DNA of 64,000 nucleotides, taken from NCBI RefSeq assembly GCF_009914755.1, contig NC_060932.1; one strand, given 5' to 3'. The stretch comes from the human T2T-CHM13v2.0 reference genome, Homo sapiens. Below, piece after piece: positions 28,075 through 39,590 of this stretch; within the stretch, counting starts at the first letter, position 1, and every line of letters begins with the position of its first letter. The notes below the pieces were generated by a model. The model was not told where the DNA came from, made no database searches, and worked only from the letters and a program-made list of their open reading frames with translations. The position numbers and the translations under genes were made by a program.

Positions 28075-28320
28075 CTACAGTTATTTTTAGTTATCTTGAG
28101 TGTCTACTATGTGTCAGGGATGGTGTCTGAGGCTTTACAGGACTCTTAATAACCCCCAGAAATTGGTACTATTATTGTACTCTCTTATCAATAAGAAAAT
28201 ATAAACTCAAAGATTGGGTAACACCAAAATTACAAAGCAAGTAATTGGCAGAGCCAGAATTTAATCTTAGTTTATATCTACCACACCTCTCCCAGCACAG
28301 GCTCTTATCCGTAAAGTCCT
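28075..28320 (-). mobile_element. MIR SINE
   Basis: TTGAGTGTCTACTATGTGTCAGG...AAGTAATTGGCAGAGCCAGAATTTAA. Confidence 0.7.
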
Positions 28321-29124
28321 ACTGTCTTCTACCAAATGATAATTGGTATTTATTTTGCTGAAATACAATAGATCTCATCCATCATGTAATCAGAGCCCTT
28401 GGTTCAATGGAGAAAATAACCATGAAACTCACACTCATGAAACCTTATATTCATATCCCAGTTGTGACATTGATAAGGTTCAGGACCTTGGACAAGCCAT
28501 ACCTTTTTGAGATTTGATTCTTCACGAAGTAAAGAAATGGAACTGCAATCTCTCTAAGATTTATAAACATTTGTACTGAATCAGATCTCATGCACCACTT
28601 CCACTGTCCTTGGCTACATGCCTCTTGGGCCATACTGTAGTTCCGAGGGTCAACTGGTCACTGAGAGCACAGACCCCAACCCCTGCTTTGGCCATTCCCA
28701 CACAGCCAGTCTGATCAGTTGCACTCATGGGGTTTTGGTTCCTTCCATCATTTCTACACTGGATGAAATGACACCATCCCTTAGGATGAGGGATCTGTCA
28801 TTTTGAACAGTCACTAAAGAAGCCAGGTGCTACAACTCAGAAGGGCAGGTTAGTTAGCTTCTAGGGCTTTCATCCAGTAACAGTGTTGGGAGGCATATTT
28901 GTGAGTTATACAGTCATCCAACGAATGAGAAATCCTCACTCCTTTGCCTCTAGGAGCTTTCAGTCTAGTAAGAAATTATAAAAGCAGAACTTACCAAAAG
29001 CCATGACAAATATAGCCTTATATTAAACTTAAATAGTTTGTGCTAACCTGTTTTATATTTTCTGGGACAGTTTTTTAAATTATCCATTCACTAGTACTGT
29101 GGGAATTCTAACCCAGTAGGAGGT

Positions 29125-29583
29125 TGTTGCATTGGACCCTATTAACTCCAATAGGGATGGCACCAGGTTCAGGAGGGTGAAGAAGAGACCTAGAGTCAGC
29201 ATATAGACAGGGTTTTACTAGTAGGAAACGGACATGCGAAGAAGTCCAGTGGTGGTGAGCTGGGCAGGAGAACCACACCTGCTTGCAAAAAACATGCAGT
29301 TTATATAGCATTTTCACTTAGCACCTTTCCCCTAACAACCTCCATCTAGCAACATTCATTTAACCCAAAACAAAGGGCCTCAATCCCGTGTACTGCCCAG
29401 GTTCCATGGGAGGGTCCAGGGTCTCAGATGTTACTCACAGATAAACATTGGATATACGAGTTGGCTACTCCTGGATTGCCTAGCTCTGAACTCCAAAGAC
29501 ACATTCAGGTGCATCTGCCATACAGGGTCATTCTCAGGTTATGCTCAAGTCAAGTTATTGCTGTGAAGTCCATCTGCCATACA
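29125..29583 (-). mobile_element. LTR47-type ERVL solo LTR
   Basis: TG...CA ends; perfect 5-bp TSD GAGGT (29120-29124, 29584-29588); minus strand starts TGTATGGCAGATG and has TATATAAA near 29300. Confidence 0.88.
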
Positions 29584-29678
29584 GAGGTAAAAGACAGAGG
29601 AAGCCTAGCTAATAAATTATCCCTGTATCCTCCTTGCAATAAGCTGCTCCACAGTGGGACTTCTCCTACAAAGCCCAT

Positions 29679-31830
29679 TGTATTAGTTCATTTTACATTG
29701 CTATAAAGAAATACCTGAGACTGGATATTTTATAAGAGAAAGAGGTTTAATTGACTCACAGTTATGCATTGCTGAGTAGGCCTCATGAAACTTACAATCA
29801 TGGCAGAAAGCAAAGGAGAATCAAACATGTCTTATATGGTGGCAGGTGAGAGAGAAGAATGAAGGAGGAACTTCCAAACTCTTATAAAACCGCCAGTCTC
29901 ATGAGAACTCACTGACTATCATGAAAACAGCCTGAGTGAAACCACCCCCATGATCAAATTACCTCCCTCCCTCGACACATGGGGATTACAATTCAAGATG
30001 AGACTTGGGCAGAAAAACAGAGCCAAACCATATCATTTCAAAACTAATCATGCCTTCTCAACAGTCCCCCAAAGTCTTAACTCATTTCAGCATTAACTCA
30101 AAAGTCCACAGTCCAAAGTCTCATCTGAGACAAGACAAGTCCCTTCCACCCAGCAGCCTGTAAAATTAAAAGCAAGTTGGTTACTTCCAAGATACAATGG
30201 GGGTACAGGCATTGGATAAATTCTCCTATTCAAAATGGGATAAATTAGTTCAAAACAAAGATCCCATGCAAGTCTAAAATCCAGCAAGGTGGTCATTAAA
30301 TCTTGAAGCTCTGAAATGATCTTCTTTGACTCCATGTCTCACATCCAGGGCATGCTGATGCAAGCAGTGGACTCCTACAACCCTGCGCAGCTCCTTCTCA
30401 GGCTGGCATTGAGTGCCTGTGGCTTTCCTAGGCACACAGTGTAAACTGTCAGTGGATCTACCATTCTGGGATCTGGAAGACAGTGGCCCTCTTCTCACAG
30501 CTTCACTAGGCAGTGCCCCAGTGGGGACTCTATGTGGGAGTTACAACCCCACATTTCCTGTCTGCATTGCCCTAGTAGAGATTCTTCATGAGGGCTCTGC
30601 CCCTGCAGCAGACTTCCTCCTGGACATCTAGGCATTTTCATACATCTTCTGAAATCTAGACAGAGGCTCCCAAAGCTCACCTCTTGTCTTCTGTGCATCC
30701 ACAGGCCCAACATCACTTGCAAGCTGCTAAGGCTTGGGGCTTACACCCTCTGAAGCAATGGCCTGAGCTGTACCATGGCCCCTTTTAGCCATGGCTGGAG
30801 GTGGAGCATATGGGATGCAGGACATCAAGTTCTGAGACTGCACAAAGCAGGGGGACCCTGGGCCTGGCCCACAAAATCATTTTTCTCTCCTAGGCCTCCA
30901 GACCTGTGATGAGAGGGGCTGATGTGAAGATCTCTGATGTGCCCTGGGGATATTTTCCCCATTGTCTTGGTGGTTAACATTAGGCTCCTCATTACTTATG
31001 CAAATTTCTGCAGCTAGCCTGAATTTCTTTTTGGAAAATGTTTTTTTCTTTTTTACCACATGGTCAGGCTGTAATTTTTCCAAACTTTTACGTTCTGCTT
31101 CAACTTTAAACATAAGTTCCAATTTCAGATAAACTCTATCATGTTCAAAGTTCCACAGATCTCTAAGGCAGGGGCAAAATGCCACTAGTCTCTTTACTAA
31201 ATCATAGCAAAAGTTACCTTTAATCCAGTTCCCAAAAGGTTCTTTATCTCCATCTGAGGCCACCTCAGCCTGGACTTCATTGTCCTTGTTACCATCAGCA
31301 TTTTGGTCAAAACCATTCAACAAGTCTCTAGGAAGTTCCAAACTTTCCCACATCTTCCTTTCTTCTTCTGAGCCCTCCAAACTGTTCCAACCACTGCCAT
31401 TACCCAGTTCCAAACTCACCTCCACATTTTCAGATTATTTTTATAGCAGTATCCCACTCTCAGTACCAATGTAATGTATTAGTTTGTTTTCATGCTGCAG
31501 TAAAGAGATACCTGAGACTGAGTAATTTATAAAGAAAAAAGGATTAATTGACTCACAGTTCTGCATGACTGAGGAGGCCTCAGGAAACTTACAATTATGG
31601 TGGAAGGTGAAGGAGAAACAAGCACATCTTACAGGCAGCAGGTGAGAGAGAAGAATGAAGGAGGAACTTCCATACACTTATAAAACCATTAGATCTCATG
31701 AGAACTCACTCACCATCATGAGAACGCATGGGGAAAAATGTGCCCATGATCCAATCACCCCATCCTTCAATACATGGGGATTACAATTCGAGATGAGATT
31801 TGGGTGGGAACACAGAGCCAAACCATATCA
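29679..31830 (-). mobile_element. Complete THE1D-type MaLR element (LTR-int-LTR)
   Basis: Two ~356-bp LTRs (29679-30035, 31475-31830), each reading TGATATGGTTTGGCTCTG...ACTAATACA on minus; THE1-int between; TSD CCCAT/CTCAT. Confidence 0.93.
30877..31425 (-). pseudogene. MaLR internal gag-like ORF remnant (182 aa open stretch)
   Basis: WNSLEGSEEERKMWESLELPRDLLNGFDQNAD is characteristic of THE1/MST-int translation. Confidence 0.75.
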
Positions 31831-32370
31831 CTCATCATCTCAAGATAACCAACAAGTGGAGCAGATCCCCTGCTAAGCAACCTGCTGCACCTCCTTGCAG
31901 ATCATTAAATGCAATGGTCATTATGCTACTGCATGCTTTGCATTGCTTCTGTCCTTCTTTCTACCTTTCTGTCCTTGTCTTCAGCATTAGTGCCCTGAGT
32001 GTGCAACTTCCAAATATAAAGCATTAATACTTAATCCTCATCTGTGGCAGTTTTTTTCCAGGGAACTCAAGAGCAGATAACAGTCATTGATACTATGTTT
32101 ATATTTGAATTCAGTGTCCGTCTGGTTATAACTACCCTACTTCTCACTCCCAGTCTGACAGAAATCTTCGGTAAACTCATCCTTCCTTCCACAGTGTGGC
32201 TCCATGGGAAGAAAAAAGCTCAGTAGTTGGAACATTTTGGTGATACCCCTCATATCTGTCAGAGCTCCTTTGAAATATTCTAGTACCAGTGAATTGGAAA
32301 ATGGCCCTAGAATACACAAAACAGGTCAGTGCAAATTATATAAGTTTAATATAAGGTTATACACATCATG

Positions 32371-32586
32371 TTTTGTTTTGTTTTATTTGAGACAAGGTAT
32401 CTCTTTGTTGTCCAGGCTGGAGTGCAGTGGTACAATTATGGCTCACTGCAGCCTCGACCTCCTGGGCTCAAGTGATCCTTCCACCTCAGCCTCCTGAGTA
32501 GCTGGGACCTCAGGCATGCACCACCATGCCCAGCTAATTTTTGTATTATTTGTAGAGATGGGGTTTCTCCATGTTTCTCAGGCTGG
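32371..32586 (-). mobile_element. 5'-truncated AluJ
   Basis: (TTTTG)n tail, right arm and part of left arm; TSD CACATCATG (32362-32370) / CATATCATG (32587-32595). Confidence 0.92.
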
Positions 32587-33429
32587 CATATCATGGTTTA
32601 TTGTGAGTTCTACTTTATTAATTTCCCACCAGGCTCAAAGCTCCTTGAGAGAATGAACTGTGGATGACTGTGTAGCCTACAAATATTCTCCTCCACCACC
32701 GCATACTAGATGAAAGCCCAGTGGCCATGTCTATATCATATAACCCTAAGTCCCAGCCACAGCTTTTTGATCCCAGAGAGAAGATCCAACCCTCTCTCCT
32801 GTGAATTTTAAGGTTAGAACAGAAAGAACAAAACTAAAAGGACATTCAAAAATTCTCTCTTTACCAATAACTAATGCAAAGTGTGATTGTATAAAACCAC
32901 TACAAGAGCCATGTGGCAAGACAAGGTCAATGATGTAGAATAATCAGCTGTTCTCCTAGCAGCTGAATGTCTGCAGACAAGACACAGTCATGGTCCCCAG
33001 TGAGATCAACAAATATTAATTGAAAGGACAAAGAAGTGAATGAATGAATTGGTGATGGCTTCTATGACATTCTGTTAGAGGCAACTTGCCATGTCCCCTC
33101 TGGTTCTCACTCAAAGTCTACTTGAGGAATCTGAACTGTTCCTCAGACCCTGAGGGTGAAGGTCTCCCTCTAGCCAGTCCTTGACCTGGGTGAGACCCTA
33201 ACTGGCCCTAAAACATGTGGACAGCTCTCAAAATGCACAAGTGAGCTTAGACTCCTTGGTCTTGCATGGTAGTTTCCTAAAGATTTGTCTCCCCTCTCTC
33301 TTGCACCCGCCTCCCACCTAATTTCCCACTCCCGTTACACTTGTCATCTTCCCCAACCCAATAAATGACAAGTGCCTGATCATCTGTGGTTAGATATTAC
33401 CTTAAATTGGATTCAGTGCCTGTCTAATG

Positions 33430-33600
33430 CTCATTCATTCATTCAGTAAATATTTATTGAACATCTACTATGTTCCAGGCCACTGCAGATAGAACAGGGA
33501 ACAAAAAAATAAAAATTATTTTCCTTTTGGGACTTGCATTCTAGTGTGGGAAGACAGGAAACAAACAAATAACCATAACAGTTATGAAGAGAAATGAGGC
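33430..33600 (-). mobile_element. L2 3' end
   Basis: TCATTCATTCATTCAGTAAATATTTATTGAACATCTACTATGTTCCAGGC. Confidence 0.85.
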
Positions 33601-33931
33601 CAGGTAGGTAGAGCTGGTGAGTCATACCCATTCATTCAATAGAGTTGTGAGCACTGACTGCACAGGGACTCAGAAGGAAACGGGAACACATCTGGACTTC
33701 AAGAGGCTCAGAGGCTGGGAGGAGCAGAGACCAAGGGCTGCAGGAGATGTTTGTGCCAGTTTAAGTAAAGGTGAAAGAAGGGAGTAGTCCCTTCTACTGA
33801 GGGGAAGGGGATGGCAAAAGAAGCTAAGGAGGTCTTTGAGAAGCAAGGGGTACTTAACCTGAGCCTTGAATTCATTCTCTGAGCAAACAAAGAGGAGGCC
33901 TATCTTCCAGTTTGAAGGATATTCTACTTCA

Positions 33932-34100
33932 TAGCCTTGCCACCCAAAGTGTGGTCTGCAGACCAGCTATATCAGCATCACCTGGGAGCTTATTAGAAAT
34001 TAAGACTCTCAGGCTGACCCTAGGCCCACTGAGTCAGAATCTTTATTTAAATCAGATGCCCAGGTGACGCCTATGCAAACTAAACCTTGAGAAGCCCTTT
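33932..34100. mobile_element. MER5A hAT-Charlie MITE
   Basis: CAAAGTGTGGTC...CAGCATCACCTGGGAGCTTATTAGAAAT...CTGAGTCAGAATCT...TTGAGAAGC. Confidence 0.85.
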
Positions 34101-34105
34101 CTCAA

Positions 34106-34270
34106 CTAGTGGCTTTCAAATTTTGTGGTACATTAGAATTGCCTGGCTTGGGGAAAGGGCAGAATTTTAAAAATCCTGATGCCTAGGCTACAGCCCCTAC
34201 CAATTACACCAGAATATCTGAGATTGGAAACAGACACAATTAAATTAAAAACTCCTCCTGGGGTGAAAGC
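34106..34270. mobile_element. Second MER5-family MITE
   Basis: TAGTGGCTTTCAAA...CATTAGAATTGCCTGG...TAAAAATCCTGATGCCTAGG...CCAATTACACCAGAAT. Confidence 0.7.
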
Positions 34271-35224
34271 CCTGCCTGATAAAATTTCTTTCTCACCTCA
34301 ACCTATGTGCATTGTCCTCAGTAAATACTCAAGGGTCACACAAAGGGACTACTTTGTGAAACAAGAGATCTTAACTCTCACTTGACAAATAGGGCTACAT
34401 TGGTCATAAACCCCCAGAATGCTTAATCAGAGAAAGAAGAATTTCCAACTGGTAAGTGGGGGAGGATGCGAAAATTTTCACCGAGTGTGAAATGGATTTC
34501 CCTGCCTGATGACAAGCTGGCAGATCCGGCCTCCTGCAGATGGCTGGGCTGCTGCAGACACAGTGTCGCATATCTGACACATATGTGTTGGGCTTAGTGT
34601 TCCTTCCTGCGCCAGAGCAGACGGATTTGGGAAGAGAGGACAGCGGTCTTTGGCGGGAAGGAGAGCACGCTGTCCCAAGTCCTCATCAACAACAGGCTCT
34701 GTTCTTGAGGAGCAGCCAAAACACGCATTTCTCACCAAAACTGAGTCATACTGAAAAAGCAAGAAGTGGAGCCAAGATGTAAACTTTTCTCAAGAACTTT
34801 CTTCCCAGATCTGCATTGGGTACCACTTGCCTATGTATATCTTTTGAGCCATTCCTCCTCAAACTCTCCTCTCCCAACCCTAAATCTATAGGAAGTGACC
34901 AGAGCTAAAAGCATGGGGGAGTGGAATGCTCTTGACTGGAGCATCTGAGACTTTGATGTGAATCTTGGATCTGGCAGTACTTGCCATTACACCTTTAAAA
35001 AGTGATGCGAATCTCTGAATCTCTTTCCTTGGAATGCTGTAAAATATAATTGTCCTCATCATTTATACTTTCTGTTCTTTCTCCTGTCCCTTTTACCTCA
35101 CTGTTATCAAGGTTGGGGGCCAGAGATCTACTGGCTCTTCCAAGAATACGACGATTTAAAGGCAAAGTCAGAGGCCATGAATTTCAGAATGCTGGATGGG
35201 TTCAGCCATGAGTCAGTCTATCTC

Positions 35225-35415
35225 CAACTCTCTAGTTGCTGGTTTCTGTATTCTTACTCTATGCTAGTTAGCTCATCCACTCTCATGGGTCCATCTATGT
35301 CTTCATCCCAGTGGCTCACACATCTGTGTCTCTGGTCCCAGGCTTAAGCTCCTGATTCAGGCTATCCAATTGCCTCAAATTCAAATGTCCCAAACTAAAC
35401 ACTGTGGTGTCTCTG

Positions 35416-35458
<43 letters not shown>

Positions 35459-36330
35459 GACATCCATGCAAGCAGAGTCACGCTCAGCAGAACTTGGGCT
35501 TCCTCCAGCATACCCTTTCAGAGAAAGTCACCACTATTCACCCAGTTACTTGTCAAAACTTGTCTCTCACCCTTGATTCCCTTCCCTTTCTCCCTACAAC
35601 AAATGGATTACCAGCCCTTATGGATGCCACAGCAGAAATGTCCCTCCATTCCTGTGCATTCTCCTGTCATGATCCTAACCCAGACCACTGTCCTTTACCA
35701 TCCAGAGCACTACCCCAGTCTCCCAGGACTGTCCCAGGCTTGAGTCCCTTCCATCCACTGTTCTCACAGGAGTAGAGTAATAGATCTGGAATGCAAATCT
35801 GATTACGACCTTCCTTTCCTAGAGACATTCCTATGGCTTTCCACTGTTCCTAGGATCAAGCCCAAGCTTCTCAGCCTGCCTTCAGGAAAGACCCTTCAGG
35901 AACAATAGCAGGAGCCTTTGAAGCCTCAGCTCTCACTACCCCTCCTCACACAGGCTGCTCTCAGCATAGTAAACGTCTTTCTGTTTCTCAAATGCTCTGC
36001 ATACCCTTTCTCATCTCTAAATGTGGATGCATTTTCCTTTCTCTCAATGCTTTTTCTCCCAGCTAATTTTTCCTGTCTTTCAGGCCTTGGATTTAGTTCT
36101 GCTTTGTACAGGAAGTCTATCCACACAGAAACTGGACTGGGTGCCCTGTTAATTTTTCTCATATGCTTCTGTGTCTTGCCTGTCACAGAGCTTAACTGAC
36201 TGCTACTGTTTACTGACCAGAGCCTGGACATGATAGTAATCTCCATGAGAAGAGGAGGCTTGTCTGTAGGGTAATAGCTCTGTTCTCAGCACCAGAACAG
36301 ACACTTATCAAATATTTATTAAATGACTGA
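35225..36330 (+). mobile_element. L2 LINE 3' region
   Basis: CCTCAAATTCAAATGTCCCAAACTAAAC, ATGCAAATCTGAT motifs; ends CAAATATTTATTAAATGACTGAA. Confidence 0.8.
35418..35454. repeat. (CA)18 microsatellite
   Basis: Pure AC run. Confidence 0.97.
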
Positions 36331-36479
36331 AAGTCCCCTCCTGATCTCTCAATAACACATGAGGACAAAGTCTCATCAACCCTTAGTAGTCTGCAAATCC
36401 CACTGCAGCTCAGCTAAGACTCTCATCTTTTAATCAAGCTCCTATCACAAGACACTCCCCAAATATTTTTCTGTCTTGA

Positions 36480-37200
36480 GTTTGGCCTGTTTTCTACCCA
36501 AGAAGCATCTTTCTGCTTCCATATCTCTTTGATCTTTTCTCTTTCTCAGTTAAAATCTTTCTGTAGATAACCATTGTCTTCAGGATAAAATATAACCACT
36601 TCAACATAGCAAACAGACCCCTCTGAGACCGGACCCACAGAGTCATCACCTCAGCTTCATGTTCATCAGTTTCTACCTTCTTCACATCTCATTTTTAGGT
36701 TCCCAAATACTTCAGGGCTGCAGGGCTTTCTTATGCTTTTAAAAATATGGCTCTTTCTGCCTGCAGTCGCCTCTGCCTTTCCTTGTTTTCTCTGTCCTGT
36801 CTTGTAAACACCACATTGTCTTCAAAGATTTATCTCACCTATTTATAAAAGTATTTAGTGGCCATCTACTAAATGCCAGGGCCTGTACCCAGCAACAGGA
36901 GCATGTTGTTGTACGAGACTAACATAGGCATTACCCCTGATAATTTGGAATCTCCTGGGGGAAAACCAGAGGCTTGTGGTTGCCTTCCTAAATGTTACCT
37001 TTTCTGCTACCTCTTCCCCTACTTTATGCCCTGCTGTGCTTGTTCACACTTCTATTCTTGTCTCTGTTTACTTGGCTTATGTAAACAAAACCATACAGAT
37101 CATGCAGGAAAGGGACCATGCCTGATTCATCTTACAGCCCCCACACTGAGCTCAACGTGGTCGATATTGAATAAATGTTTGTGAGATGAATAAATAAGAA
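36480..37200 (+). mobile_element. L2 fragments
   Basis: L2-like body ending TGAATAAATGTTTGTGAGATGAATAAAT. Confidence 0.6.
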
Positions 37201-37689
37201 GTTAATAATTTCTTAGTTTTTGCCAGTAATTGAGGCTCTGATGAGACACAAAATTGGTTAATGTGATGAATAAGATGGCATAAAAATGTTGTTCCTCAGA
37301 AGAGGGATGGTTCAAGTTGGGCATTCCAGTGGTAATAGCTCTATAGCCAAGGGATAGCAGAAAGGCATTACTCAGTGAAAATGAAGGTTGTGACTATGAC
37401 AGAATGGAGGCCCCTCCATCGAAATCTGTATTTTCCTACTGGACTGTCAATCTGTGTTCCATCCCCATCTCTTGCATATATTAAGATGGGCTTGGTTGTT
37501 GTGAGTTCAGAGCAACACCTTCAGTTTTCATAACCTAATCATGATTTAGCAACCTTGAAATATTAAGATTCGATATACCTTTGCCACATGACCTATCAAT
37601 ATTTTGGCAGTGTTGTGCTAATGGGAAGCTGAATCTAACTTCAGTGTGTATTACTAAGGAAATGGACTAATATAATATAGTGGATACAT

Positions 37690-37960
37690 GCTTCAAAATT
37701 ATAATCAGTAGTAAGCAATGAACTTGATGGGCTTACAATAACATGGATGGTCTTAAGAACACAGTAGAGAAGTAGTCAGTTTAATAAAAGGAAAAACAAG
37801 ATTTACAACACAATAACATTTATATACTTAAAATATACACACTCAAAATGCTATACATTTTTCACAAGGATACAAGCATAATTAAGGAACATGTATCACA
37901 CATTAAGGTGGGTAACTAACCGTTCAAGGGGAATGAAGAGATTGAGGAACAAGAGGAAAA
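37690..37960 (+). mobile_element. L1ME-like 3' fragment
   Basis: CAATAACATGGATGGTCTTAAGAACACAGT...AATAACATTTATATAC. Confidence 0.5.
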
Positions 37961-39189
37961 ACAAACTGGAATGGAATCTTAAACTGAATGATGATGTCAA
38001 TGTAATGTGAACTAATATGTTACCTGTCCCTAAGGCTTAATTTTAAACATTATTGCAAGTGTATGGGATTTTGACCCACTATCAATGTGATATAAAGTAG
38101 CCTCATACTCTAGATGTTTGTTGAGCTGATCCCTCTGCCCTTCCCTCTATGCTAGCCACAGTCCCAGATTGTTGAAGGGCACAATTATTCTTGGCTTAGA
38201 CCCAACCTAGAAAAGAAGGTGAATTAAATGTAAAATCTTGCAAGGCTCTATCAGAAGATATAGCATAGATTTTAAAAAGGAGTAAAATCCCCTAGTCCTA
38301 GAGGACCAAAGCTTTTAAGCCTGAAATGAGTTACTGTCTCCTCAGGAGCATCTAACCAGATCCCTCACGATAAAACCTTCTGAGGCACTGTGGAGCTCTC
38401 CTCGGTGCTGAAAAAGAAGTCCCTCTGGCGTCTTTCCTGCCATAGATCCTGGTTTTGCTGGCAGAGACCTTCCTGTCTGACCCTACTCTGTGACGGCTGT
38501 TAACCACAAGTGTTTACTAAAGGCAGAGGTTGTATCTTAGAAAGAAATAGGTGGTCAACTTAGTTTTTATATATGACTATAATTGAAAAAATTATGCTAA
38601 TGATTCTCTGTCTGGCTCAGCCTACTGCCTACCCCTGTTGTCTAAGTCTTTGTCTCTGAGTCAAGCCTTGTGTAACTTGGGTATGTAACAATGTAATGAT
38701 ACCTTGTACATACATGTTTCCCATGTTAGAATACCTGTGTCTCTTGGGAAAAGAGAAGTGAGAAAATTACAAAAATTGGGCTGAAAGAAAAAAGGTTTAG
38801 GGAGTACATAATTTACCTCATTTCAGCTTTTCCTAATAAATGTCCTGAATGAGTTTCTAAATAAATAAATTATTAATCTTCTATCTAGAATATCTTTCTC
38901 TTTCCTACCCTAAAGGAAATTCACCTAAATGCTCCTACTATACTTTATCTTGGAACTTTTTTCCAAACAATAAAACAAGTATGGGCAGGTACTCTTAAAA
39001 ACAGAATTCTGGGTCAATAAAATGTGGTCCAATTTAAACAAAGAGCACTCTAGAAAAGCAAAAAGTTCTGGTCTGAGAGCACATATCATATAGGATAGCA
39101 CAGTACCTGAATTCTTATTAGAATAACACAGAAAGGCAGATAATAAACATATATTGAATATGTACCACAGTTTATCCTTAGAAGAACTA

Positions 39190-39590
39190 TAAAAAATAGG
39201 TATTTTACTCACATTTTCTAGGTTACAAAACCAAAGTTCAGGAGATTCAGTAGGTTTCACACAGTGAAACAAAACTAATAAACAGAACAAGGATTTAAAC
39301 CCAAGCCTAGTTGATTCTAAAGGCCCTTTACTTTCCTTTATAATGATAAAATGATTCCTAGTTATTAAGCACTAGCAAGGTTGGCCATGATACTAAATAT
39401 TTATATGTATCACCTCATTCATTTCTGCCAAAAGCACTAGAAGGTAGACATTGTTATTATTTACATGACACTAAAAAATTTAAGGAAGAGGCCAATCAAG
39501 CTCTTGTCTAAGGTTACACAGTTGATGAGTGGTAGAGATTGGATTCAAATAAGTTCTAGTTTTATCCAAAACCTCTGCTCTTACCATTCC
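39190..39590 (-). mobile_element. Two adjacent MIR fragments
   Basis: GGATTTAAACCCAAG and AAGGTTACACAGTTGATGAGTGGTAGAGATTGGATTCAAA motifs. Confidence 0.6.

Larger units (their letters stand above)
29030..32081 (+). mobile_element. LTR16-like ERVL LTR split by two later LTR insertions
   Basis: Pieces at about 29030-29124, 29584-29678 and 31831-32081 join into an LTR16-like sequence (CTGTGGGAATTCTAACCC...TTGCATTGCTTC...TAAAGCATTAATACTT...TTCCAGGGAACTCAAG). Confidence 0.55.

Noticed and set aside
29512-29584. Direct repeat CATCTGCCATACAG
   Set aside because: Appears to be an intrinsic feature of the LTR47 consensus as recalled, not a local event.
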